Under the pieces are notes generated by a model. That model was not told the DNA's origin. It worked only from the letters and a program-made list of their open reading frames with translations, and searched no databases. From Methanotrichaceae archaeon (GTDB lineage Archaea; Halobacteriota; Methanosarcinia; Methanotrichales; Methanotrichaceae): 64,000 nucleotides of DNA. The translations under genes were made by a program, and so were the position numbers. The stretch is taken from assembly GCA_963813075.1 (NCBI GenBank), contig CAWEXU010000013.1:64001-128000 (forward strand), given 5' to 3'. Shown here one piece after another: positions 1-10,054 of the stretch. How positions within the stretch are numbered: the first letter of the stretch is position 1; every line of letters begins with the position of its first letter.

Positions 1-399
1 CATCCAGCGTATGGGCTTCTGTCCCGTGGTCATCTCGGCCAGAATCGAGCCCAGGCCTCCCAGCTTCTTCTCCAGCTCCTTATGAATCATTGTTCCGGGC
101 GTATTCATCTTCAATATGTCCGACTGAATCTTTATCTCAAATGGGTATCTCTCACTGTAATACTCTTTTTCTCCATCAAGCGGCAGCTCGAACTCATAGA
201 CGGTCTCATCCCGAGTTTCCAGATCCCCATCAATGTCCCTTCTAGTGCTTTTCATCTTTCCAAGGAGGGCTACCACCAGCTTTCGCGCTTTTGTAGGTTT
301 GTCAAGCTTCAACTGTACCGTTCCCCTGATGACATCATCCGGCCTGTAATTAGCCTCTTCCAGCTCCAATGACATCCTGTCTGGTCCTAACAGCCCCAT
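1..399 (-). CDS. Arrestin-N/SpoOM-like beta-sandwich protein, 3' end runs off window
   Basis: Not in the ORF track. Hand translation from ATG at 399: MGLLGPDRMSLELEEANYRPDDVIRGTVQLKLDKPTKARKLVVALLG...YPFEIKI...PIRWM, open to base 1. AGGAGG upstream. The Y-x-P-x-D-x-I-x-G-x-V-x-L pattern resembles the arrestin N-domain. Confidence 0.6.
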   Translation of the reverse strand, partial: MGLLGPDRMSLELEEANYRPDDVIRGTVQLKLDKPTKARKLVVALLGKMKSTRRDIDGDLETRDETVYEFELPLDGEKEYYSERYPFEIKIQSDILKMNTPGTMIHKELEKKLGGLGSILAEMTTGQKPIRWM

Positions 400-535
400 T
401 GGGCATTCCTCCTGATATTTTCCAGTAATAAATAAGGGCTGCTTTTAGAGTAAAAAAGTTTCTTCGCTTGCAGATCTGCTTTCTGCATACTCTTCTTTTG
501 ATTCTGATTATTATCTCACCTAAATCGATCCGGCT

Positions 536-1153
536 TCATCTATTCAGGGCAAACCGGATCCTCTGCAGGGCAGTGGCATTGGCCAGGAGCGCGGTCAGTA
601 CAATAATCATCATCAGCCACTGGATATTGAACAGGCCCAGAAACATCCCGAAATATAGCAGCATGAGCCTCTCCAGCCTTTCCAGGAGCCCGCCCATCCT
701 CTTCAGCTCTCCGGCGTCCTTCACAATCCCCCGGTGGTCGGCATAGGCCCGGACAAAGCTGGTCATGAGGCCGCCGAATACCAGGATCACAATCCAGGCC
801 TCATTGGGAAGGCCTAAAAACTCCCCCCTGCCCACATAAATGAGCAGCCCCAGGTAGAGCAACAGCTCCACATACCGGTCCACCACCCCATCGATGAACG
901 CCCCCTTGTCTGTGACCTGATTGGTGACCCGGGCTACCGTCCCGTCCACGATATCGATGAAAGCTGACAGGGCGAACATGGCCAGGCCCAGGGCGAGCTG
1001 GTGCATAACCAGGGCTGCCAGGCCTGCCAGCGCCGGCACGAGGGAGATGAGGGTCCAGGCATTGGGGCTGAGCCCTATTGCTGCCAGGCCTCCTGCCAGG
1101 CGGTCGGTCTTCTCCGATCGAAGGGTGGCTTTGAGCATATCTATTTTCCTCAC
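536..1153 (-). CDS. CDP-alcohol phosphatidyltransferase (archaetidylinositol-phosphate synthase-like)
   Basis: DIVDGTVAR...GAFIDGVVDR signature, SPNAWT, hydrophobic. Confidence 0.9.
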   Translation of the reverse strand: MRKIDMLKATLRSEKTDRLAGGLAAIGLSPNAWTLISLVPALAGLAALVMHQLALGLAMFALSAFIDIVDGTVARVTNQVTDKGAFIDGVVDRYVELLLYLGLLIYVGRGEFLGLPNEAWIVILVFGGLMTSFVRAYADHRGIVKDAGELKRMGGLLERLERLMLLYFGMFLGLFNIQWLMMIIVLTALLANATALQRIRFALNR

Positions 1154-2358
1154 AGGCTCTTGATAAATATCTCCATCCGGTCCAAAGCCTCTATCAGCTC
1201 TTCTCTGCTGGTGGCATAGCTGCAGCGAAGGAATCCCTCTCCGCTCTCGCCGAAGACATTGCCCGGGACCACCGCCACCTTCTGCTCGTATAATAGCCTT
1301 TCCGCAAACTCCTCGGAGGAGAGGCCGAACCTCTGGATAGAGGGGAAGGCATAAAACGCTCCCTTGGGCTCGAAGCAGTCCAGGCCTATGCGGTTAAGCC
1401 CCGAGACGAAAAAGCGCCTGCGCAGGTCGTACTCATGCTTCATATGCAGCATCTCATCCTCGCCCTTCTGCATGGCCTCAAGAGCTGCCACCTGGGCCAT
1501 GGTGGGGGCGCAGAGCATGGTGTACTGATGGATCTTGGTCATGGCCCCGACCAGCGCCGGGTCTCCCATCGCATAGCCTATCCGCCAGCCGGTCATGGCA
1601 TGCGACTTGGAAAGGCCATTTAAGATGATGGTCCTCTCCTTCATCCCCTCCAGCTGGGCGAAGCTGGTGTGGCTTCCAGAATAAGATAATTCTGCATAGA
1701 CCTCATCGGATATCACTATCAGGTCGTTTTCCACCACCACATCCGCCAGCTCCTCCAGGTCCGAGCGGGTCATTATCGCCCCGGTGGGATTGTTGGGATA
1801 GCTCAATAGAAGGCTGCGGGTCTTTTCGGTCACCGCCCGGGCGATATCCTCCGGCTGGACCCGGAACTCGTTCTCCAGGCAGGTGGGAACCGTCTTTGGC
1901 ACCCCACCGGTCAGGATGATGTCCGGGGTGTAAGCCACATAGCAGGGCTCGGGCACTATCGCCTCCTCGCCGGGGTTCAGCGTCGCCCGGAAGGCCAGGT
2001 CCACCGCCTCGCTCACCCCGGTGGTGATGAGGATCTCCTCATTGCAGTCGTAGTCGATCCCCATACTCCTGCTGACCTCTTGGCAGATGGCCTCCCTCAG
2101 CTCAGGCATGCCCTTGTTGGAGGTGTAGTGGGTGTTTCCCAGCTCCAGGGAGTAGATGCAGGCCTCCCGTACATGCCAGGGGGTGACAAAGTCGGGCTCG
2201 CCCACCCCCAGGGAGATCGCTCCTTTCATCTCGCTGACCAGGTCGAAGAACTTGCGTATCCCCGAGGGGGGCATATCTCTTACCGACCGATTGATGTGAC
2301 CTTCAGCATTCCAGGGGGGGACATTCTCGAGTCTCTGCTTTTTTGTCTGCTGCTTCAT
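1150..2358 (-). CDS. PLP-dependent aminotransferase class I/II
   Basis: GEPDF, YPNNPTG, SDEVY, SKSHAMTGWRIG. Confidence 0.93.
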   Translation of the reverse strand: MKQQTKKQRLENVPPWNAEGHINRSVRDMPPSGIRKFFDLVSEMKGAISLGVGEPDFVTPWHVREACIYSLELGNTHYTSNKGMPELREAICQEVSRSMGIDYDCNEEILITTGVSEAVDLAFRATLNPGEEAIVPEPCYVAYTPDIILTGGVPKTVPTCLENEFRVQPEDIARAVTEKTRSLLLSYPNNPTGAIMTRSDLEELADVVVENDLIVISDEVYAELSYSGSHTSFAQLEGMKERTIILNGLSKSHAMTGWRIGYAMGDPALVGAMTKIHQYTMLCAPTMAQVAALEAMQKGEDEMLHMKHEYDLRRRFFVSGLNRIGLDCFEPKGAFYAFPSIQRFGLSSEEFAERLLYEQKVAVVPGNVFGESGEGFLRCSYATSREELIEALDRMEIFIKSL

Positions 2359-2834
2359 GGAGTTATCACCAATCTCTCCGGCTTTGGTTGCTCTGTTAGG
2401 ATGGCCCCATGCTCCTTATAGCTCTTGAGGATGAAATGGGTGCATGTGGACTGGACGCCATCCAGGGGGGCGATCTTTTCCGCCACAAAGTAGGCGATAT
2501 CCTTCATGGATTTGCCCCGCACGGTGACGGATAGGTCATGGCCCCCGGAGATCAGCCGCACCGACTCCACCTCCGAGAACCTGGCGATCCTCTCTGCCAC
2601 GGCATCATAGCCCGTCTTTCTCTGCAGCGCTACCTTCAGCTCCAGGACGGCGAAGACGACGCTCTGGTCGAGCTTCTCCCAGTTGATCAGAGTGATGTAC
2701 TTTCTGATTATGCCGGCATTCTCCATCACTTTGATCTCCCGCGCCACCTCCTCTTCGGATTTGCCCAACAGCGCTGCGATCTCGGAAGGTGTTGCCTTGG
2801 CGTTTTCGTAAAGGATCTCCAAAATCTCGTGCAT
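2355..2834 (-). CDS. Lrp/AsnC family transcriptional regulator
   Basis: N-terminal HTH plus RAM domain (ISGGHDL); overlaps the aminotransferase start. Confidence 0.9.
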   Translation of the reverse strand: MHEILEILYENAKATPSEIAALLGKSEEEVAREIKVMENAGIIRKYITLINWEKLDQSVVFAVLELKVALQRKTGYDAVAERIARFSEVESVRLISGGHDLSVTVRGKSMKDIAYFVAEKIAPLDGVQSTCTHFILKSYKEHGAILTEQPKPERLVITP

Positions 2835-2947
2835 GAAATTCTTTCTTTACCCTCTCCATTCAATTAAAGGCTTTGCGCTTGTGGCCATAATAGGGATAAT
2901 CATATACAATCGAAAGTTATTAATACTCTTATTACAACTGTATTAAT

Positions 2948-3064
2948 ATGAAACAAATGAAATGCCCCAAGTGCCATTATGCATGGGAGACGAGGGTGAC
3001 CAGACCTAAGGCCTGTCCCAGGTGCAAGACCAGGCTTGATGTGAAGAAGGCGAGGAAGGCCTAA
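2948..3064 (+). CDS. 38-aa zinc-ribbon micro-protein
   Basis: MKQMKCPKCHYAWETRVTRPKACPRCKTRLDVKKARKA; two CPxC motifs; TATA-like TTATTAATA upstream. Confidence 0.75.
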   Translation: MKQMKCPKCHYAWETRVTRPKACPRCKTRLDVKKARKA

Positions 3065-3259
3065 ATTATTATTCTGGCCCTAATATCGATATCTTCGGCC
3101 CAAAATGCCGCTCGCAAAACCGGGCCTTTGCCCCTATATTTTTGTCCCGAATGATTGGGTCCTAAGGAATGTGATTGGAAATCTGAATCTTTAGCTTTTC
3201 TTTACCGTTCTAATTATTTTAAGAAAAAGTCCTCTTGACTTCGTAAAATTTTAAAGAAA

Positions 3260-3334
3260 AGCCCCGAGCGTGATTCGAACACGCGACCTATTGATTACAA
3301 GTCAATCGCTCTGGACCAGCTGAGCTACCGAGGC
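3260..3334 (-). tRNA. tRNA-Thr(TGT)
   Basis: Cloverleaf GCCTCGG...ATTGA-CTTGTAA-TCAAT...GTTCGAAT...TCGGGGC. Confidence 0.95.
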
Positions 3335-3345
3335 ACAAGGTCCGG

Positions 3346-4177
3346 TTATTTTTCATCATCACTTAAAGGCTTTGCTCTCGATCTTCCGGATCGATCCGTT
3401 TTCTCTAAATCTAACTTCTCCAGGCTGCGCAGCAGGGAATATTTCGTTCCCGGGTGGCGGGAATCAAAGCGGGACAGCTGCCTATACGCCTCCTTATACA
3501 TCCCGTCCTCCATCTCAATCTCGGTGAAACACAGGCCATGCTGCAGGGCATAAAGCCGAACCTCCTTGCCCGGTATGCGTCGCAGCGGCTGGATGGTGGG
3601 GATTGTCCCCTCTTTTTCCTTTAGCCGCCTCATCTCAGGCAGCCCATCTAGCAGGCCACCTATGTTCCCCTCCAGGTAGCACATGAATATCCTCGTGGCC
3701 TTGTCATCCAGGTCACAACCGGTGGCTATAGCGTCCGCCCCGATCCTTTGCGCGAGGCCGGCGATCATCCACTCTTTTTGAGCCGTTCTGCCTGTATCCG
3801 GAGTAGGACTCGATCGTCTCCCTCCCCGCCACAGGAAATGCAGGCAGGCTCTCTCTTGCCATCCGGATCCCCAGCTGTTCGGCGGCAGTCCTGGCCGCCT
3901 TCGCCCCAGGGCCCTGGTCATCGAGGATCAGGGCGACAAGGTCGATATCCCTTCTGCGCGCGAACAGGTTCTTGATAATGCTGGCCATGACGGCGCTGCC
4001 CTTTCCTCCGTCCATATACAGAGCCAGTCGCAGGCCATGACCAAATAGCCCAGTCTGGCGCATGGTCTCCCTCACCTTGCGCTGGACGTCATCATTAAAG
4101 TGAGCGGGGCATAAGTGCATTCCGGAGTACTTCTGATAGATTACGGCAGGCATGGGGCATTTGCAGCATCTGGTCAT
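3346..4177 (-). CDS. TtuA/Ncs6-like (tRNA thiolase family) protein, degenerate motifs, split by one frameshift near 3800-3830
   Basis: N-terminal CxxC...YSGMHLCxxHF, PP-loop remnant DGGKGS, IATGCDLDD, PLRRIPGKEVRLYA, HPGTKYSLL across two overlapping ORFs. Confidence 0.75.
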
Positions 4178-4194
4178 TTCATCCACTTCTTTGA

Positions 4195-5232
4195 TCATGC
4201 TATTTTGAACCTGAGCAGTGCCGCCACTCCACCCAAAGATTCCAGCCTGTCTCCGGGCTCGAACTCCGAGCTGAATATGACCACCTTGCCGCGGGCATTT
4301 CCCACCTCGCGCATGATTTCATCCACCCTCCCCCGGCGGGCGAGGTCGTCCAGCACCAGCAGGGTCTCGATGGCTCCATAATTCATCGCCTTCTGGACCT
4401 CGGCGGTGCCGTAGGCCGCTTTGCCGTCCGTGGCGATCTCTCTGAATAGATCCTCGATCAGCTTTGCCTCCCTGGCAATGCGGCTGGACTCAAGGACGCT
4501 CTTGACTGCTCCCCGGCGGAGCACCTCCTGAAAGCCCGATCTGCCGATGGAAGAGGCATCGTCCATGGCGACTCTTTCCCTGAGATCCGGGTAAGAGGAG
4601 TCGATCACTTTTTTCAGGTCGTCTTTGGTAAATCCCGGCCCCGCGAGGATCACGTCCGCTCCCCCCTGGGCGGTTTTGTCGATGGCCTCCGCTACCTCTC
4701 TCATGAATGAGGCCCGTGTGTCCTCGCCGCTCCCTTTGCCGCTGCTCATGCGAATCTCCGCTGCCATCTGCACCCCGAACTGGCGGAGAATGCCGATGGT
4801 GGCCTCGCCCTCCTCCACCAGGGCCAGCACCACCCTGGGCCGTTGCGACTCTTTCACCGCCTCATCGATGCGCGCAAGGAGGTCCGGCCTCCAGTGGTAC
4901 TTGAGTATGGACAGGTCGGTTCCCACCTCGATATTCAGGGTGTGGTATGAGCCCACATCCATGCCCGATATTATGCGTCCGTGTAGCCGCAGCCAGTTGG
5001 AGTACATATGAAACTCGATATCCTCTATCTTGACCCCCAGGCGCACCGTCTTTCTCTCCATCTTCTCCGGCCGGGCCTTGTCAGCAATCGCCGGGACCTT
5101 CCTGTGGCTCAGGGCGAATACCAGGTCCCCCCTTTCCACCAGGTGGCGCAGGTGCCACAGGTCATCCAGGGACTCGGGAAGAAGGGCGACTTCCCCCTCC
5201 TCACCGCGCAGATCTTTCTTCAGGACGCGCAT
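4195..5232 (-). CDS. pelA: mRNA surveillance protein Pelota (Dom34)
   Basis: PESLDDLWHL, GSYHTLNI, AGPGFTK, LGGVAALLRF. Confidence 0.95.
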   Translation of the reverse strand: MRVLKKDLRGEEGEVALLPESLDDLWHLRHLVERGDLVFALSHRKVPAIADKARPEKMERKTVRLGVKIEDIEFHMYSNWLRLHGRIISGMDVGSYHTLNIEVGTDLSILKYHWRPDLLARIDEAVKESQRPRVVLALVEEGEATIGILRQFGVQMAAEIRMSSGKGSGEDTRASFMREVAEAIDKTAQGGADVILAGPGFTKDDLKKVIDSSYPDLRERVAMDDASSIGRSGFQEVLRRGAVKSVLESSRIAREAKLIEDLFREIATDGKAAYGTAEVQKAMNYGAIETLLVLDDLARRGRVDEIMREVGNARGKVVIFSSEFEPGDRLESLGGVAALLRFKIA

Positions 5233-5289
5233 GGAATATGCTTTCAGATCAAAAGGCTTAAATCATTGTGCATCCAGGGTGGTGGTCGA

Positions 5290-5377
5290 GCCGCCATAAC
5301 TCAGTTGGTAGAGTGTCTGGCTGTTAATTGAATAAGCAGCAACCAGAATGTCACAGGTTCGAGCCCTGTTGGCGGCG
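5290..5377 (+). tRNA. tRNA-Asn(GTT) with 15-nt intron (5327-5341)
   Basis: Cloverleaf after removing ATTGAATAAGCAGCA at 37/38; bulge-helix-bulge CTGT/GCAG with TA|A and CA|A bulges. Confidence 0.93.
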
Positions 5378-5386
5378 CATTCCTTC

Positions 5387-5461
5387 GGGCCTGTAGCTTA
5401 GTCCGGTTAGAGCGCTCGGCTCATAACCGAGTGGCCGCCGGTTCAAATCCGGCCAGGCCCA
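5387..5461 (+). tRNA. tRNA-Ile2(CAT) (elongator Met not excluded)
   Basis: GGGCCTG acceptor, CTCGG-CTCATAA-CCGAG anticodon arm, discriminator A; tandem with tRNA-Asn. Confidence 0.88.
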
Positions 5462-5718
5462 TGTGGCAACCCAGATCCATTCTTTATGCTCTTTATTGGC
5501 AGTGTCTGCATGAGCATTTTTCTACTCATAATCCGAACAATAGCTTGCCAAGTTCAACCTGGGTGCACTAAAAGAACGAAAGCAGCTAACGGCAAGCAGG
5601 TAAATTTTCGAATACATGGGGCAGTGGATCAAACACGTAGAGTCACAGAGCGCCCAGAGGACGACAACCGCAGGGGGCTTCTCAAGATTGAATGGATGGA
5701 GAAAAGAAGATGAGCGTC

Positions 5719-8025
5719 TCAGCTCAGGGCTTTGGCTGCGCTCTTCCAGGCGGTGATCTTCTTCTCGGAGAGTCCCGTCTTGGCAGCGAGAGACTTCTCT
5801 TTGGCGCTCAGCAGGTCTTGGGATGTCCTGATCCCTGCCGCCGCCAGCTTCTCCAGGGTCTTGGGGCCTAATCCCGGCAGTCCGGCGAGCCCATCGCTCT
5901 TGCATTGGAGGCCTGCTAGCTTCTTCTTGGCACCTTTTGCTCCCTGCTGCTTTCTTGGCCGTCTTTTTGGCTGGCTTCGGTTTTGCCGCCTTTCCTTCTC
6001 CAGTCTCCTTGCCCTCGGCCAACTCCCGAGCCTTCCTCGCCTGCCACTCCAGGAAGTTGCAGTGGGGGCAGCCCAGGTCCCAGGGCCTCTTGCCCTTGTT
6101 TATGATGCGGATGTGGAACATGCCGTGCTCTTCGCACACCCTGTCCGTCACCAATACTGCTCCTGACCTGGGTAGGGGAAGGGTGAATCGGCATTCCGGA
6201 TAGCCGGAGCAGCCGATGAAGCGCGATCCTCTGTGGCCGCGCCTGATTATCAATTCGGATTTGCATTTCTCGCAGGTTCCCACGATCTTGTCCGTCCTCA
6301 GGCCGTCCTTTAGCGACTGGCCAATCCCCTCCTGGTTGCAGCTCAGCTCGTCAAAGACACTGGTGAGCATGACCCTGGACTCCTCTATCACCTCATCCTC
6401 CTTGATCTTCTGCTCGGAGATCTGGGTCATATCCTTCTCCAGGGTCTGGGTCATCTCCGGCTTGGTGATGGTGGGTGCGTACTTCTGCAATGTGTCCACC
6501 ACGGCATAAGCGGTGTTAGTGGGCCGCATGGGATTGCCCTGCACATAAGCGCGGGCATAGAGCTTGCTGATGATATCGTGGCGGGTGGACTTGGTCCCCA
6601 GGCCTAATTCATCCATCAGCTTGATCAGCTTCCCCTGGCCGTACCTGGCCGGAGGCTGGGTCTCCTTGGCCTCGACGTTGTGGCCTAAAACCCGCAGGCG
6701 TTCGCCCTCTTTCAGTTCAGGCAGGATGCGCTCTTCTGCTTTGCTGTAGGGATAGTAGTACCGCCACCCCGGCTCGACCAGTCGCGCCCCGCTGGCCCGG
6801 AAGGGCTCGGGACCGATGTCCACCTTTATGCTGGTGGCATCCCAGACGCAGGGCTCCGGCCAGGGTGGCGAAGAAGCGGCGCACCACCAGCTCGTAGATC
6901 CTCCACTGCTCTTCTTTCATCTCGCTTTTCTCGGCGAGAGCGGTTGGATAAATGGGAGGATGATCGGTGGTCGACCTCTTGCCCCGGGTGGGGACCATCT
7001 TTCCTCCGAGGAGTTTTTCTGCTTCTTTGGAGAATGGGCCTTTGGAGAAGAGGCGGGTGAGGGCGACCAGGTCGATGGAAGGAGGATAGACGGTATTGTC
7101 CGTCCTGGGGTAGGATATGAATCCGTTGATATAGAGCCATTCGGCTATCCGCATGGCGTTGGCTGCGGAAAAGCCAATGCCGCTGGCGGCGGAGATGAAG
7201 CTGGTGGTGTCAAAGGGAGCGGGCGGCTTTTCGACGCGCGGTTTAGTCTCGATGGAGCGGATGGTTCCCACCGGTCCCAGACGGGCCACAATTCCCTCCA
7301 CCTCATCCTTCTCCCAGATGCGGCCCCGTGGCATGCTGGACGCGCAGGTCCCTTTCCAGGTCGGCGTATATCTCCCAGTAGGGTTTGGGCACGAAGGACT
7401 GAATCTCCCTCTCCCGATCGACGATCAGGGCCAGGGTGGGCGACTGGACCCTGCCAACAGAGAGAAACTCTTTGCCCAGCCGGCCGGAGGTAAGAGATAT
7501 ATACCGGGTTAAGGCCGCCCCCCAGACCAGGTCAATGATCTGCCTGGCCTCTCCTGAGGCCGCCAGGTCGTAGTCCACTTTGCCCGCGTTCTTGAAGGCG
7601 TTGAGGATCTCATCCTTGACGATAGCGCTGTAGCGGACCCTTTCTTCCTTAAGGCGGGGGTTTGCCTCCTTTGCGATCTTCAGGGCTTCCACCCCGATCA
7701 GCTCGCCCTCCCGGTCGTAGTCCGTGGCCACAGTGATGCGATCGGCCTCCTTTCCCAGAGAGCGCAGGGCATTGACGATCTTGTCATTGAGGGGACGGAC
7801 GACTATCTCCGCCCGGATCAGCTCTTTGCAGTCCACCTTTTGCCAGTTGTTGTATCCGGGTGGATAGTCCACTCCCACGATGTGTCCGGAGAGGCCTAAG
7901 ACCACCTTATCACCGAACTTGAAGGCCTCAACACCTCCTATCCGGTAAGATCGGGGCTTGCTGCCCGACAGAATCTGGGCAATCCTCTTTGCAGCATCGT
8001 GCTTCTCTGCTATTATGAGATGCAT
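5719..8025 (-). CDS. topA: DNA topoisomerase IA with C-terminal Zn ribbons and HhH-like tail; frameshifts near 7325, 6855 and 5940
   Basis: IAEKHDAA, ATDYDREGE, SVGRVQSP, ISYPRTD, DHPPIYPT, GLGTKSTR; last frame reads ...GLPGLGPKTLEKLAAAG...AAKALS* (stop 5719-5721). Confidence 0.92.
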
Positions 8026-8062
8026 TCCTCAAAGGCAAAACATGGCATCGATTTAAGTTTTT

Positions 8063-8106
8063 CTCTAAAAAGATCGCTCTAAAAAGATCGCTCTAAAAAG
8101 ATCGCT
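8063..8106. repeat. Tandem repeat (CTCTAAAAAGATCG)x3
   Basis: Exact 14-bp units at 8063, 8077 and 8091, just upstream of topA. Confidence 0.9.
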
Positions 8107-8572
8107 TCAAAGTAGCTGAGCTACCTTCAGGGACGATTCCGTTTAATTAAATATCGAATTTTCGATGTCCAAGATTATCTACGACTGACATGATTATTCG
8201 ATAAATCCCAATTGTCCGTCTTTTGGCATTGACCAATAAAATCGCTTTTCACAGGACATTTCAATCCTCATAATGATCAATGCGTGTATATATTGAAATC
8301 CTGACTAAAATCAATTATTTTAAAAGTATATATCTATTTATCAATAATCAGAAATATTATCGTTCCTCTTTTAAGATCACTACCAGTCATCGCGATTTCC
8401 GAAAAGAAGAAAGGTTTCCTCCAAAGGGCTCAAGCTGGCCAGATGTCGAGAGGCATAGAATTGCACATTTAAAGGGATATTTTAGAATAAAAATTTATTT
8501 AAAAAATTTTTTGATTAAATCCTCTCAAAGGCCACAGATTCTTATAATATAATATGTAATAATAAACTCACG

Positions 8573-8592
8573 CAAAACCTTTAAGTATAAAT
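8573..8592 (+). promoter_or_regulatory. Putative BRE/TATA promoter of the mcr operon
   Basis: CAAAACCTTTAAGTATAAAT ~150 bp upstream of the mcrB GTG. Confidence 0.55.
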
Positions 8593-8738
8593 GATGCATT
8601 GGGGAGGAAGGCGGGAGATTGTAACGAACTGAGATGATGCTGGGTATGATACCTTTTAGACTTGGCTGTCATGCCATCGCTCCAGTGTTATCCTTCGTTT
8701 CGGTCTGGCTGCTAAAAAGGTAAAGGAGGATAAAGAAC

Positions 8739-10043
8739 GTGTCTGATAAGATAGACCTATATAGCGACCGCGGAGTTCTTTTGAAGAGCGACGTCGACCT
8801 GAGCGCCGTCAGCCCTCTCAAGAATGCGGCCATGCAGAGACTTATTTCTCTCACAAAGCGAACTGTAGCCGTCAATCTGGCTGGCATCGAAGGCGCCTTG
8901 AAGACTGGAAAGGTAGCCGGAGGACGCAGGCAGATCAAGGGACGGGAGCTCAACTACGATGTTGTTGCCAATGCAGGTGCCCTGGCTGAAAAGATCAAAT
9001 CCCTGCTCCAGGTTGCCGCCGGCGATGACACCAACGTCCAGATTCTGGGCGGCGGCAAGCAGTTGCTCGTCCAGGTCCCCACCGCAAGGGTCAACGCTGC
9101 ATCTGAGTTCGTTGTCGGATTGACTGGCGCAGCAGCAGCCACAACCGAGGCTCTGATCCAGCAGTTCAAAGCTACACTTATTGAAGCACCCATGATCCAT
9201 GCTTCCGTCTGGGGCGAGTACCCACAGACAGTGGGCATGTCTGGCGGAAACGTTGCATCCGTTCTTAACATCCCCCAGAACGACGAAGGTCTGGGCTTTG
9301 CTCTCAGGAACGTCATGGCTAACCACCTGGCAATGATCACCAAGAGGAACGCCATGAACGCCGCTGCTCTTGCCTCTATCTACGAGCAGATCGGCGAGAT
9401 GGAGATGGGCAATGCTATGGGCATATTCGAGCGCCACCAGCTCCTGGGCATGGCATACCAGGGCCTGAACGCCAACAACATGGTCTATGAGACCGTCAAG
9501 GCTAACGGCAAGACTGGAACCATCGGCACAGTAGTGCAGAGCATTGTTGGAAAGGCCATTGAGGACAAGGTCATCAAGGCCGGCAAGAAGCTGCCCTCTG
9601 GCTACGTCATGTACGAGGCCAACGATGTCTCCAAGTGGAATGCCTACGCCGCTGCAGGCGTCCTGGCAGCCACCATGGTCAACTGCGGCTCTCTCAGAGG
9701 CGCTCAGGCTGTGTCCTCGACACTGCTTTACTTCAACGATATCATTGAGAAAGAGACCGCCTTGCCCGGATGCGACTTCGGCAGGGTAATGGGAACGGCT
9801 GTGGGCTTCTCGTTCTTCAGCCACTCTATCTACGGCGGCGGCGGCCCCGGTGTATTCAACGGCAACCACGTGGTAACCAGGCACTCCAGAGGATTTGCCA
9901 TACCCTGCGTGGCTGCAGCAGTAGCACTGGATGCCGGCACCCAGATGTTCACACCTGAAATGACATCTGGACTGGTTGGTGCTATTTACGGAGAGATCAA
10001 AGAGTTCCGTGAGCCGATCGTATCGGTTGCGGAGGCTGTGTAA
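8739..10043 (+). CDS. mcrB: Methyl-coenzyme M reductase beta subunit
   Basis: DKIDLYSDRG, GFSFFSHSIYGGGGPG, HVVTRHSRG; SD AAGGAGG, GTG start. Confidence 0.98.
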   Translation: MSDKIDLYSDRGVLLKSDVDLSAVSPLKNAAMQRLISLTKRTVAVNLAGIEGALKTGKVAGGRRQIKGRELNYDVVANAGALAEKIKSLLQVAAGDDTNVQILGGGKQLLVQVPTARVNAASEFVVGLTGAAAATTEALIQQFKATLIEAPMIHASVWGEYPQTVGMSGGNVASVLNIPQNDEGLGFALRNVMANHLAMITKRNAMNAAALASIYEQIGEMEMGNAMGIFERHQLLGMAYQGLNANNMVYETVKANGKTGTIGTVVQSIVGKAIEDKVIKAGKKLPSGYVMYEANDVSKWNAYAAAGVLAATMVNCGSLRGAQAVSSTLLYFNDIIEKETALPGCDFGRVMGTAVGFSFFSHSIYGGGGPGVFNGNHVVTRHSRGFAIPCVAAAVALDAGTQMFTPEMTSGLVGAIYGEIKEFREPIVSVAEAV

Positions 10044-10054
10044 AGGCGGAAGAA

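Noticed and set aside
5719..8025. topA as a pseudogene or programmed frameshift
   Set aside because: All catalytic motifs are intact and similar indels occur window-wide, so error is the simpler explanation
8063..8106. Possible CRISPR array
   Set aside because: 14-bp units without spacers; no cas genes in the window
8280..8552. 90-aa ORF upstream of mcrB
   Set aside because: AT-rich promoter-region frame with atypical composition and no SD
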